Positions 27,892 to 36,926 of a stretch of 64,000 bases of DNA are shown here, piece after piece. Each line of letters starts with the position of its first letter. The first letter of the stretch is position 1. The notes beneath the pieces were generated by a model that saw nothing but the letters and a program-made list of their open reading frames with translations, ran no database searches and was not told where the DNA came from. The stretch spans positions 1,750,726-1,814,725 of the forward strand of contig CBDCFO010000008.1 of NCBI GenBank assembly GCA_965216215.1. Reading direction: 5' to 3'. Made by a program: the position numbers and the translations under genes. The DNA comes from Bryobacterales bacterium (lineage in GTDB: Bacteria; Acidobacteriota; Terriglobia; Bryobacterales; UBA6623).

Positions 27892-30201
27892 GTGCGGGTA
27901 GGGCTGCGCATTTTCCGTCCGCAGACGATCGCTTGGCTGCGAGAGGCATTACAGCTGGGCCAGCTGTCGCGGGCGGCCCTGGGTCGCGGGGTATGCGAGC
28001 GGGAGGACTGGCGCAACCCCAAGGGCGAGTATTGCACGGCCTCGGCGCGCAAGGTGCTGCCCGAGCTGGCCGGCCAGCTGGACCTGCCGCTGCCGCCGGC
28101 CCAGCCGGGTCCGCCCGCCTGCCGCCCGCGGTCCAGCCCGGACCCGCCCGTGCCGTCGACCGGCTTCACCGGCTCGCTGGCGGAACTCGGCGAGGTCCGC
28201 GTGCGTCTGGCCACCTCCGAGGCGGAGCGGCGGCTGTGCGCCGGACTGCTCGACCAGCACCATCCGCTGGGCCCGGGCCGGGCCCCCGGCTGTCGGCTGA
28301 GCTATCTGCTGGCAGCCGATTGCGGGCCGCTGGGCGTGCTCTCGTTCGTGGCGGCAGCGTTCCGGCTGGGGCCGCGCGATGCCTTCCTGGAGTGGGACGA
28401 CCGCACGCGCGGAGCGCACATCGAGCGGATCCTCAGCAACGACCGCTTTGTGCTGGTCCCGGGCGTGCAGGTCCCGAACCTGGCCTCGCACGTACTGGGG
28501 AAGACGATCAAGAGACTGGCCCGGGACTGGGAGCAGGCGCACGGAGTGCGGCCCTGGTTGGTGGAGACCTGCGTGCAAAGTTCGCGACCGGGCACGAGTT
28601 ACAAGGCGGCCGGCTGGCAGTGCGTGGGACCGACGCAGGGGCGGCCGCCGGGAGCGGGCGAGGCGGTGGAGACGAAGGCGGTCTGGCTGCTGGGTTTGGA
28701 TGCGAACTGGCAGCAGCAGCTGTGCCGGAAGCCGGAGCAGAAGCTGGGGCAGTACCCGGAGTTGGTGCTGGACGAGGAGGCGAACTGGGCACGGCGGGAG
28801 TACCTGCGTTCGGACCTGCCGGACGGGCGGCTGCGGCAGCGGCTGGAGCGGCTGGGGCAGAGCTGGGAGCGGCATCCGGGGGAGGATCTGCCGGCAATCT
28901 TCCCGCACCAGGGGGAGCTGCGGGCGGCGACGCGCCTTTTGCACAATGACAAGGTGCAGGATCGGGATATCTTGCAGCCGCACCGGGAGGCGTTGCTGGA
29001 GCGGGTGCAGGTGGAGTCGACAGTGTTGCTGGTACAGGACACGACGACGCTGAACTACACGAACCTGCAGGGTTGCACGAGCGGGTTGGGGCCGTTGCAG
29101 GACCGCGCGAGCAGTTCCCGGGGGCTGTTCGTGCACGCGACGGTGGGGTTCACGGAAGGCGGGCGTCCGCTGGGGGTGAGCGGGCTGGAGCGGTGGGCGC
29201 GGCCGGAGCAGGAGCCGGACCCGGAGGCGGAGCAGGAGCAGGAGAAGGAGAGCCGGCGCTGGTTGCGGGGGTTCGAGCAGGGTCAGGAGTTGGGGCGGGA
29301 GAGTCCGCAGGCGCGGGTCGTGGTGGTGGGGGACCGCGAGAGCGACATGTTCGAATTGTTCGAGCGGCAGGCGGAGCGGACGGAGGAAGCCGGGTTGCTG
29401 GTGCGGGTGCACTTGGGGCGGCAGCGCAAGGTGCGGGCGTGGGACGCGGCGTTCCGCTCGGAGATGATCCGGCCGATCGAGGCGCAGCCGGACTTCGAAG
29501 AGGCGGTGGTGACGGGCCGCAAGGTGGAGATCGAGTCGCAAGGGGGGCAGCGGGCGCGGCAGAAGCGGACGGCGGTGACGGAGATCCGGATCGGGCGGGT
29601 GGAGTTGCTGCCGCCGAAGGGGCGGGCCGGAGCGGTGGCGCCGGTGCCGGTGTGGCTGGTGCGGGTGCTGGAGCCGGACCCGCCGGCGGGGGAGGAGGCG
29701 TTGGAGTGGCTGCTGCTGTCGAGTGAGGGGGGGCGGACAGCGCAGTGGGCGGAGCGCATCGTGAGCTGGTACGAGCGGCGCTGGGGGATCGAGGAGTATT
29801 TCCGGCTGCTCAAGACGGGGACGCGGATCGAGGACCGGCGGTTGCGGGACGCGGAGGCGCTGGGCAAGTGCCTGGTGTTCGACGCGATCACGGCCTGGCG
29901 GGTGTTCAGCCTGGACCGCTACGCCCGGGACGCGCCGGACACGCCGGCGGAGGAGGTGCTCACGGCGGACGAGATGGCCGTGATCGAGGGCGTGACGGAG
30001 ACGGAGCGGTTGCGGCCGCCGCGGGAGCGGGGCCAGCCGGTGGGACCGGGCATTCGCAGTTGGGTCGTGCTGCTGGCGCGCATGCGGGGCTGGCGTCCGA
30101 AGAAGCACCGGGAACTGCCGGGGAACGAGGTGCTGTGGAAGGCGTACCAGCAACTGCAAACGATGGTGCGCTATCGGCAGGCGCTGCGAGGACCGCCGTA
30201 G
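27892..30201 (+). CDS. DUF4338 (DruA-like) domain fused to an IS4/Tn5-type DDE transposase, 769 aa
   Basis: N-part QHHPLG...LSNDRFVLVPGVQVPNLASHVLG...VETCV...YKAAGW...GPTQGR; C-part QDTTTL, VGDRESD, YERRWGIEEYFRLLK (YREK). Confidence 0.85.
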   Translation: MRVGLRIFRPQTIAWLREALQLGQLSRAALGRGVCEREDWRNPKGEYCTASARKVLPELAGQLDLPLPPAQPGPPACRPRSSPDPPVPSTGFTGSLAELGEVRVRLATSEAERRLCAGLLDQHHPLGPGRAPGCRLSYLLAADCGPLGVLSFVAAAFRLGPRDAFLEWDDRTRGAHIERILSNDRFVLVPGVQVPNLASHVLGKTIKRLARDWEQAHGVRPWLVETCVQSSRPGTSYKAAGWQCVGPTQGRPPGAGEAVETKAVWLLGLDANWQQQLCRKPEQKLGQYPELVLDEEANWARREYLRSDLPDGRLRQRLERLGQSWERHPGEDLPAIFPHQGELRAATRLLHNDKVQDRDILQPHREALLERVQVESTVLLVQDTTTLNYTNLQGCTSGLGPLQDRASSSRGLFVHATVGFTEGGRPLGVSGLERWARPEQEPDPEAEQEQEKESRRWLRGFEQGQELGRESPQARVVVVGDRESDMFELFERQAERTEEAGLLVRVHLGRQRKVRAWDAAFRSEMIRPIEAQPDFEEAVVTGRKVEIESQGGQRARQKRTAVTEIRIGRVELLPPKGRAGAVAPVPVWLVRVLEPDPPAGEEALEWLLLSSEGGRTAQWAERIVSWYERRWGIEEYFRLLKTGTRIEDRRLRDAEALGKCLVFDAITAWRVFSLDRYARDAPDTPAEEVLTADEMAVIEGVTETERLRPPRERGQPVGPGIRSWVVLLARMRGWRPKKHRELPGNEVLWKAYQQLQTMVRYRQALRGPP

Positions 30202-30648
30202 CAGCCCGCGCCGGGGCGGGCGGGGAGTGTCTGGTGGAACGGCATCCGCCGGTTCTCCGCAGGGGGCCGTCAGGGGGGAGTGCAGAACTCTCCCATGGAG
30301 GCACTGTCGTGGGCAGGGAAGCTTCTCGCCAGGGCTTGATGCGTGCCGCGTGTCGGGAACACCTTGGCGCAGCTCGAAGTCTGCCCGCTGTTCCCCAGTG
30401 ATCCGTTTTCCCAACCAATGCGTGACGGCCGAATGGGACCCATTCGCAACGCAATGACCGGAATGGCAACGCTGGCCGTGCAGCCCCAACCCGGTTCCGC
30501 CCGATGCGTGCGTCTGTCGTGCTGCGCTGGTCTCCCTCGTCTCGCCCCCCAGTATGCGGGCGGCCCATCCGGCACCATCAAGACCGAATGTGAGCATCAA
30601 TCCACGATTGCCTCGAAACTTCCAGCATCAACTATGTCCGGTCGCTAG

Positions 30649-31109
30649 TTGTACCGCTCGCCCCGGATCGTCACCCCCAGCGCGCCCATGTCGGTGAAGT
30701 CCGACTGGCACTGCGCCCCCGGCTCCCGCTCCTGCTCGAAATAGACTTCCCGGTCCGGACCCTGCCGCACGCGCCAGGCCCGGAATCGCCGCTGCAACGT
30801 CCGCAACTGCCCGGACTGCAATTGCCCCGGATGGCGCCGCTGCAGCTCCTCGAACACCACCTTCGCCTGCAGCCCCGGGTCCGCTCGCAGCAGGGCCTCC
30901 GCCTCTGGCCACAGCGCTTCCAACGGATCCTCCCGCGTCCGCCAGTGCCGCGCTGGACTGGGGTCGCTCGGAAGCTTCCCGCTATCGCGCCATTTGCGAG
31001 CCGTGCGCTCGCTCATGCCCGCTTTCGCCGCCGCCGTTGCCAGCGGCTTGTTCCTTCTTAGTTCCTTCATCAGTAGCCTCACTTGTTGGTTTTTGATCAA
31101 CGCCTCCAC
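30649..31109 (-). pseudogene. istA: IS21 transposase IstA, 5' part
   Basis: AAAKAGMSERTARKW HTH, WRTREDPL, LRTLQRR, QSDFT. Confidence 0.9.
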
Positions 31110-31203
31110 CCTCCCTGGGAAGGGTCGAGTCTAGCCGCCAACTACGAGGCTCACCCGGAACTTTTAATTGTCGTTACCCGGAATTTCTAATTGTCGCTGG
31201 ACA

Positions 31204-31743
31204 GCCCCCAACCAGCATCGCGGTTCGCGCTTGCGGGTGCGGGAGGAGTACTGGCCCTACGAGGGCCGGACGGAGGCGGCGGCGCGGACCGCGGCAGGTG
31301 CGGCCGGGGAGGTGGGTGCGTATGTCGAGCGGGTGCGGGAGATGTGCAGCAAGCCCGCCTGCGTGCAAGCTGGATTCGGGCCCGCCGACGAGCGTCTGGC
31401 GGCGGACTGGCAGCGAGCCGGGGTGAGTCTCGAAACGGTGCGGCGGGCGATCCTGCTGGGCAGCGTACGGCAGTTGACGAGCATGATCGACCGGCCTGGG
31501 AGCGAGCCGGTCCGCAGCCTGCGCTATTTCGCCGGTCTGGTGGAGGAAGTGCGCCAGGAGAGGCTGTCCGCTGGTTGCTGGAAGCACTTGGAGATCTCAC
31601 TCGAGCGCTGCGAACGGTACTGGCGGTCGCGGACCGAGCAAGTTGCGGGGCGTGCCTGTTCAGATTTGGACCAAGCAGCCCCTCTCGGAGGGGGCGAGAT
31701 CCCCTCAGCGGTCAAGCAAGAGCAAGACGAGCAGACGGGATGA
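31204..31743 (+). pseudogene. Passenger gene 2, 3' part
   Basis: PNQHRGSRLRVREEYWPY...VRRAILLGS...RSLRYFAGLVEEV; in frame with the 5' part. Confidence 0.75.
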
Positions 31744-31766
31744 TGATGATCTCCAATTGAGGTACA

Positions 31767-33777
31767 GTAGAGTCGGGGAGCGACGCGCGCACCTTAGCAA
31801 AGAGGCAGTAGCCGTTTGGGAGTAGTCCTACGGCTTTCGCCATGTGTAGGTGCCTCACTGGCCCTCTCGCCTAGCCACGTTTCCGCGCCCCGCTCGTCAA
31901 ACCGGACGTGCGGCTTTCCCGCATCCGGCTTTCAGTGCAGATCATGCCTTCGCCCACGGAAGGCTCTTGGTCGTCTGCGTCAGGCGCACGAGGCCGTACT
32001 CACCGTACAGCCGGGCGTCCGGGAACAGCACGTATTGCCCGGACTTCACCTTGTGTTTCCGACAGAGCCACTGGCGCAGCCGCCGGACCGCGTGGCGGTC
32101 AATCGCGTTGTACGCCGGACTCACCTGGCCCAGATGGAAGTAGTTCGCCCATCCGGTTAGGCACCGGTTCAGGCGTTCTACCATTTCCTCCCGGGTCAGT
32201 TGCCCGCTCCTCGGCGATGTCCGCTCGCTGATCTTGCGGCAGATGCTCTGGACGCTAGCCTTGCTTGGGCGGGTGCCGATATACGGTCCTTTCCCGCTGG
32301 GCCTGTAGTTGCGTCCTATGCGGTATCCGAGGAACTCGAACGGCTCCTCCGGGCACCGCAGGCATCGGGTCTTCCGTTCGTTGACCGGCAGTTTCAGCTT
32401 CCGCATCAGCCGCTGGACTTCCTCGAGCATTGCTGCTGCCGGAGCCCTGCCGAGCACGCAGAAGTCATCCGCATAGTTCACGATCTCCGCTCGGAAGCGC
32501 TCGGCGTGTCCCCGCACCTTCCAGCCCAGGATGAAGCGCCGCATGTAGAGGTTGCTGAGCAGAGGCGAGATCGGAGCCCCTTGCGGGGTCCCTTTCCGTG
32601 CCTGCCTCGCCCGGTTCGTGCGGTGTTTGCCGCCCTTGCCGTCATCCTCCTCCACGGCCATCTCCAGCCACGCCTTGACTAACCCCAGCAAGCGCCCGTC
32701 GCTCACGCGTCGGGCCACGCTCCGGAGCAGTTCGGCGTGCGGGATCTCTCCGAAGTAATTCGACAGATCGCCGTCAACCACTTCATTGCATCCCTTCCTC
32801 AGCAGGCTGTGGACGCGGCTCACCGCGTCGTTCGCGCTGCGTCCCGGCCGGTAGGCGTGCTGCTCCGGTTGCAGGTCCGCTTCGATGATCGGTGCCAGCA
32901 CCAGCAGGGCTGCCGTCTGCGCTACCCGGTCCCGGATGCAAGGTATGCCCAAGGGCCGGAACTTGCCGGGCTGCTTCTTCGGGATCAGCACCTGTCGCAC
33001 CGGTTGCGGTGCGTAGGTGCCGTCCTGCAGCTCCCTTGCCAGTTCCCCGAGCCACGCTTCCGCCCCTCGCTCCTCGATGTCGACGAAGCTCTCCCGGTCC
33101 ACTCCAGCACTGCCGCCGTTCCGGCGGACCTGCGCCAAAGCCTCCCGCAGGATATCCTCCCGCCACATCTTGTCGCTCAGCGCATGGAACCGTCGCCCCG
33201 GTTCTTCCTTCGCTTTCGCATGTAGCACGGTCTGGAGTTTCCGAACCCTAGCTGGCCCTGTTAGACGTTCGTCAGTGGCCATGCCTTGCCTCCTTTCCGT
33301 ACCTCTCTGCACTCAAGGCCCCTTCCCTCCACGGGCATTACCCCGCCTCTGCGGTAGTACGGGCCTATCCGCCACCCTGCCCGGCCCGGCCTGCCCCTCG
33401 CGGGGCTCCGGTTGATGCGTGCTGCATCACCGGCAGGGCTTCCCGTGTTGCTGCTTCCTTCCTCTTCCATGCGTGCCAGCGCCATTACCCCGGCGGGCGC
33501 GGGTCGGTGCCTGTGACGCTCTCTTCCCAACCCGCCGTCGGCCTTCCCCCTAATCACGAAAGGGTCGGCTCCCGCGTTAAATGTTTCGAGGCCTGCTCGG
33601 CGTTCACTCGCGTTCTAGCCCGCATGCTCGCTGAGCCGCCCAAGGCGGCCCTTTGACACCAGAGTGCTTCAGCCCATTTCGTTACCTCCATGAACCGCCC
33701 TGGCTGCTACCAGCCGGAGCATCAGTTGCTGGACGGGATTCGCACCCGCTGAATGGAAGCGCCTTTCCACGGCGCAC
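31767..33777 (-). mobile_element. Group II intron (2,011 nt) with RT/maturase
   Basis: 5' end GUGCG (33777); domain V AAGCCGGAUGCGGGAAAGCCGCACGUCCGGUUU; domain VI ending CCCCGACUCUAC (31767). Confidence 0.93.
31942..33282 (-). CDS. ltrA: Group II intron reverse transcriptase/maturase (no endonuclease domain)
   Basis: RPLGIPCIRDR, GTPQGAPISPLLSNLYM, YADD, FEFLGY, domain X LTGWANYF; ATG 33282 behind AGGAGG. Confidence 0.93.
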   Translation of the reverse strand: MATDERLTGPARVRKLQTVLHAKAKEEPGRRFHALSDKMWREDILREALAQVRRNGGSAGVDRESFVDIEERGAEAWLGELARELQDGTYAPQPVRQVLIPKKQPGKFRPLGIPCIRDRVAQTAALLVLAPIIEADLQPEQHAYRPGRSANDAVSRVHSLLRKGCNEVVDGDLSNYFGEIPHAELLRSVARRVSDGRLLGLVKAWLEMAVEEDDGKGGKHRTNRARQARKGTPQGAPISPLLSNLYMRRFILGWKVRGHAERFRAEIVNYADDFCVLGRAPAAAMLEEVQRLMRKLKLPVNERKTRCLRCPEEPFEFLGYRIGRNYRPSGKGPYIGTRPSKASVQSICRKISERTSPRSGQLTREEMVERLNRCLTGWANYFHLGQVSPAYNAIDRHAVRRLRQWLCRKHKVKSGQYVLFPDARLYGEYGLVRLTQTTKSLPWAKA

Positions 33778-33886
33778 GCAGTTCTCAATTTGGCCTTTTT
33801 CTATCTCGCGAGCCGCTGAGGGGCCGGTAGCAAGGGACCAGTTTCTGGGGGCTTAACTTTGCGGACACCGCTTTCAAACATAAAAT

Positions 33887-35215
33887 GTGCCCTCCGTTTC
33901 CAATTCCCGGGTGCTCGATTCCCTTCTGGACCGCTTCCAACAAGCCGCCTCCGCCCTGCCCGACCCCCGGACCGGCTCCAACAAGCGCTACGCCGTCTCC
34001 GATGCCGCTGTCTGCGCCCTCTCCACGTTCTTCTTCCAGTCCCCCTCCTTCCTCGACTTCCAGCGCCGCATGCACGAGGAGTCCGCCCGCTCCAACTGCC
34101 ACTCCCTCTTCGGCGTCAGCAAGATTCCGAGTGACAATCAGATTCGGAATCTGCTCGACGGTCTCGACCCCTCCCTGTTCGCCGACCTGTTCCCCCTCTG
34201 CCTCGACACCGTCCGCGACCAAGGGGGCCTCGACGGGATCCAGTTCCATGGCTCGGACTCCATCCATTGCGAGCAGTGCTCCACCCGCCATGTCGGCAAG
34301 CACAAAACCAAGCAGTTCTTCCACACCATGCTCTCGGCCACTGTCGTCGCCGACGGCCACAACCGCGTCCTCCCGCTCATGCCGCTGTTCGTCCAGCCCC
34401 AGCACGACCCCGCCGCCAACCGGCCCGACCTGACCGAAGACCAGCGCAAGCAGGATTGCGAGCGCAACGCTGCCAAGCGCTGGCTGCCCGCCCACAGCCC
34501 CGCTCTGCGCCCCTACCGGCCGGTCCTGCTCGGCGACGATCTGTACTGCTGCCAGCCCCTCTGCAAACTCGTCGCCGACCTCGGCGCGGACTTCCTCTTC
34601 ATCTGTAAGCCCAGCAGCCACAAGACGTTATACAAACAGCTCCCCAACCGCCGCATCTGGTCCACTGGCTGGATCCGCACCCGCAACCACCGCCAGCAGA
34701 TCGAGTCCCATCGCTACCAGTGGAGAAACAACGTGCCGCTGCGCGCCGGCGACGACGCCCTGAAGGGCACCTGGATCGACTTCGAGATCGGCCGCAACGG
34801 CGAGCGCACCTACCACAATTCGTGCTTCACCCGCCTCAAGGTCACCGCTGACAACGTGGCCGCGATCGCCCGGGCGGGCCGCGCCAGATGGAAAATCGAG
34901 AACGAGCAGTTCAACTGCTTGGCGCGGCAGGGCTACAACCTCAAGCACAACTGCGGGCACGGCCGCCAGGGCCTGGCCAATCTGCTCGCCACGCTGAACC
35001 TGTTCGCCTTCGCGCTGCATGCGGTCCTGGACTGCGTGTCCGACCTGTGGCGGCAATGTCGGGCGCGCGTCGGCACCCGGCGCAAGTTCTTCGCGACCCT
35101 GGGCTTCCTCACGGAGTGGTTCTGCTTCCGCAGTTGGACCGCCCTGTTCGAGACCGTGTTGAGGAAGCGCCCGCCACCGCCCGCTCCCGGGGCGGCCGCG
35201 TGCGCCCCCGCATGA
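33887..35215 (+). CDS. ISNCY-like DDE transposase
   Basis: LPDPRTGSNKRY, IPSDNQIRNLLD, LDG, GDDLY, GRARWKIENE; may carry a short in-frame deletion before the first Asp. Confidence 0.8.
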   Translation: MPSVSNSRVLDSLLDRFQQAASALPDPRTGSNKRYAVSDAAVCALSTFFFQSPSFLDFQRRMHEESARSNCHSLFGVSKIPSDNQIRNLLDGLDPSLFADLFPLCLDTVRDQGGLDGIQFHGSDSIHCEQCSTRHVGKHKTKQFFHTMLSATVVADGHNRVLPLMPLFVQPQHDPAANRPDLTEDQRKQDCERNAAKRWLPAHSPALRPYRPVLLGDDLYCCQPLCKLVADLGADFLFICKPSSHKTLYKQLPNRRIWSTGWIRTRNHRQQIESHRYQWRNNVPLRAGDDALKGTWIDFEIGRNGERTYHNSCFTRLKVTADNVAAIARAGRARWKIENEQFNCLARQGYNLKHNCGHGRQGLANLLATLNLFAFALHAVLDCVSDLWRQCRARVGTRRKFFATLGFLTEWFCFRSWTALFETVLRKRPPPPAPGAAACAPA

Positions 35216-35538
35216 CGCAACCTGCCCGCCATCCTGCCAGCGACAGGCTCCTCTTCCAGTGGCCCTCAGTGGGGGTGCGTTGCGGCCAGTCCATGACCGC
35301 GTCATTGCCGCTGCCAGACGCCTCGACCCCCCGGATACCGAGTCAACAGCCGTCCGATCACCCCGCAACGGGTTCCAACGGCGCACACAAACGCTCGCAG
35401 ATTCCACCCCACACGAGTCAGACCCCCATTCTGAGAATCGCTGATTGAGGTATACTCACCTTGGTCGGTAGGTCAGAGCAGTAGCGGAGTCCACTTTAAA
35501 TTCACCGACCAGTGGTCTAAACACATCGGACCACCTCA

Positions 35539-35853
35539 CTCCACTCCCTCAATAACCGCAAGATGGTTCGTGCGCAGGCTCTCGAAGGTCCCCGGCCCGC
35601 GGACCTGCTCGCCCCGGGCGCTCATTTCCTCGATCATCTTGCGACGCTTGGCGGCAGCCGCTTGCAAGACCTCCGGATCAGCAGCTAGCTTGAGACCCTG
35701 ATGGCCATCCAGGGTATCGGGAGTGGCCTCCACGTTCACCAGTTCCAGGCCATCCGCAGAATCCAAAGCGAACTCCTGACCGGACGCCGCCAACGCGGCG
35801 ACCGCTAGTCCAACGGCTACCTTCGCAACTGGCCTGATGCACCAAGTGCTCAT
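35539..35853 (-). pseudogene. DUF1080-like gene, 5' part (signal peptide)
   Basis: Signal peptide, then ...NHLAVIEGVE; the ORF stops at the TGA supplied by the IS3 IR. Confidence 0.85.
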
Positions 35854-35881
35854 GGCGAGGCCCTCGCTTACAAGCCGCGGA

Positions 35882-36424
35882 CTAGTTGCTCCAGGGCGGA
35901 ACGACGCCGTTGACGCGACCGTATGCGATCAACTGGCCCAGGTGCTCGCTGAGATGCGTGAGCGCCATCGTGAGCGCGCCACGCGTGGTCGTGTCGCGAC
36001 CGAACAGCTTCATCGGCTTTTCCGCGTCATCCGCACCGAACTTCCCCATCGCGCTTTGGAGGTGATCGAACGACATCTTCACTTTCGAAATGACTTCCTG
36101 CTTGTCCGTCGTCGACTTCTCGAGCCCGCGCAAATCAAGCCCTTCGGGCGGCATCGTACCCAGCGCACGCGAGACAAAGTAGTTGGCACCCGCTACATGC
36201 AGCAACACCTCGCTCACCGAGCGGACACCTTCGCCGGGCCGGTAGGTGTACTTGTCAGCGGGCATCGCTTCAGCCAAGCCCGCGAACTTTTCAGCCGAGG
36301 CGCTCGAGACCGCTTGCGCCTCCTTCACAAATGCGTGTCCGTCGGCGCACAACAGCGGCGCTACGGCAACAGCCAGCACGCACAGCAATGCCGTACGTCG
36401 GATGGTTTCAAGCATGGGATTCAC
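35882..36424 (-). CDS. DinB family protein, exported
   Basis: AEAMPADKYTYRP, RSVSEVLLH, HLSEHLGQLIAYGR, PPWS. Confidence 0.85.
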   Translation of the reverse strand: MNPMLETIRRTALLCVLAVAVAPLLCADGHAFVKEAQAVSSASAEKFAGLAEAMPADKYTYRPGEGVRSVSEVLLHVAGANYFVSRALGTMPPEGLDLRGLEKSTTDKQEVISKVKMSFDHLQSAMGKFGADDAEKPMKLFGRDTTTRGALTMALTHLSEHLGQLIAYGRVNGVVPPWSN

Positions 36425-36565
36425 TCCTTAGGTCACTTCGCATTAACGGAACGGGCCCTGAATTGGCCCCTCCTTCTCAGGAATCTGCAGACGAGGCACT
36501 ACCCCGCTGCTCTTGGAATAGGCAGTCCCCTTACCATCTAGGTTACGGGGGAAGCCGGCTGAAAC

Positions 36566-36787
36566 TCAACCAAGTCCCAAATCCGCTGCCGATTCCAGGA
36601 TGGACCCGCAGTCCGTGCACACCAAGCTGCCGCAATGGGGGCAACTCGCAGACCGCACGCCACCCTTCCAGCAGACCGGGCAATACTGGTCCGGATCGGT
36701 GGGCGATGCCGGAGCGCGGTCGCATTCCGGATCCAGCAACAACTGGCAATCGCCGCATCGAATGCGCTGGGATCCCGGCTCGGTCAT
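36566..36787 (-). CDS. Small cysteine-rich putative zinc-finger protein (start uncertain)
   Basis: CGDC, CPVC, CPHC and CTDC in about 73 aa. Confidence 0.55.
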   Translation of the reverse strand: MTEPGSQRIRCGDCQLLLDPECDRAPASPTDPDQYCPVCWKGGVRSASCPHCGSLVCTDCGSILESAADLGLG

Positions 36788-36926
36788 TCCACGCACCAGC
36801 GGACAATCTCCAGTCTAGCCACACGCCTGCCCGCATTGGCTTGGCACTGTGGACCTAAACTAGGTGTGGCTGTCTGAACGCACGGCTCTGCCGGCCACGG
36901 GCCGCGGCCCATGTGGTCCGGGAGAG

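Larger units (their letters stand above)
27838..30648 (+). mobile_element. IS4-family (IS50/Tn5-like) insertion sequence, 2,811 bp
   Basis: 14-bp perfect IR CTAGCGACCGGACA; 9-bp TSD TTGTACCGC (27829-27837, 30649-30657). Confidence 0.92.
25695..31203 (-). mobile_element. IS21-family insertion sequence (2,689 bp native)
   Basis: 13-bp perfect IR TGTCCAGCGACAA/TTGTCGCTGGACA; reiterated subterminal motifs at both ends; 6-bp TSD GCCCCC (25689-25694, 31204-31209). Confidence 0.92.
31765..35443 (+). mobile_element. ISNCY-like insertion sequence (1,668 bp native) carrying a group II intron in its left IR
   Basis: 9-bp TSD ATTGAGGTA (31756-31764, 35444-35452); left IR CA|GCAGTTCTCAATTTGG rebuilt after intron removal matches the right IR CAGCGATTCTCAGAATGG at 13/18. 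Confidence 0.88.
23545..35538 (+). mobile_element. IS3-family element with passenger genes (about 2.8 kb native), enlarged to 11,994 bp by nested insertions
   Basis: Imperfect IRs AGAGGTGGTCCGGGGATTTGGACCAC (23545-23570) and GTGGTCTAAACACATCGGACCACCTCA (35512-35538); 3-bp TSD CTC (23542-23544, 35539-35541). Confidence 0.88.

Noticed and set aside
27892-28700. Druantia anti-phage system
   Set aside because: Only a DUF4338-like domain, fused to a transposase inside IS ends; no DruE helicase or other dru genes nearby.
31942-33282. Retron, DGR, Abi or CRISPR-associated reverse transcriptase
   Set aside because: Flanked by canonical group II intron 5' GUGCG and domains V/VI, and it has maturase domain X.
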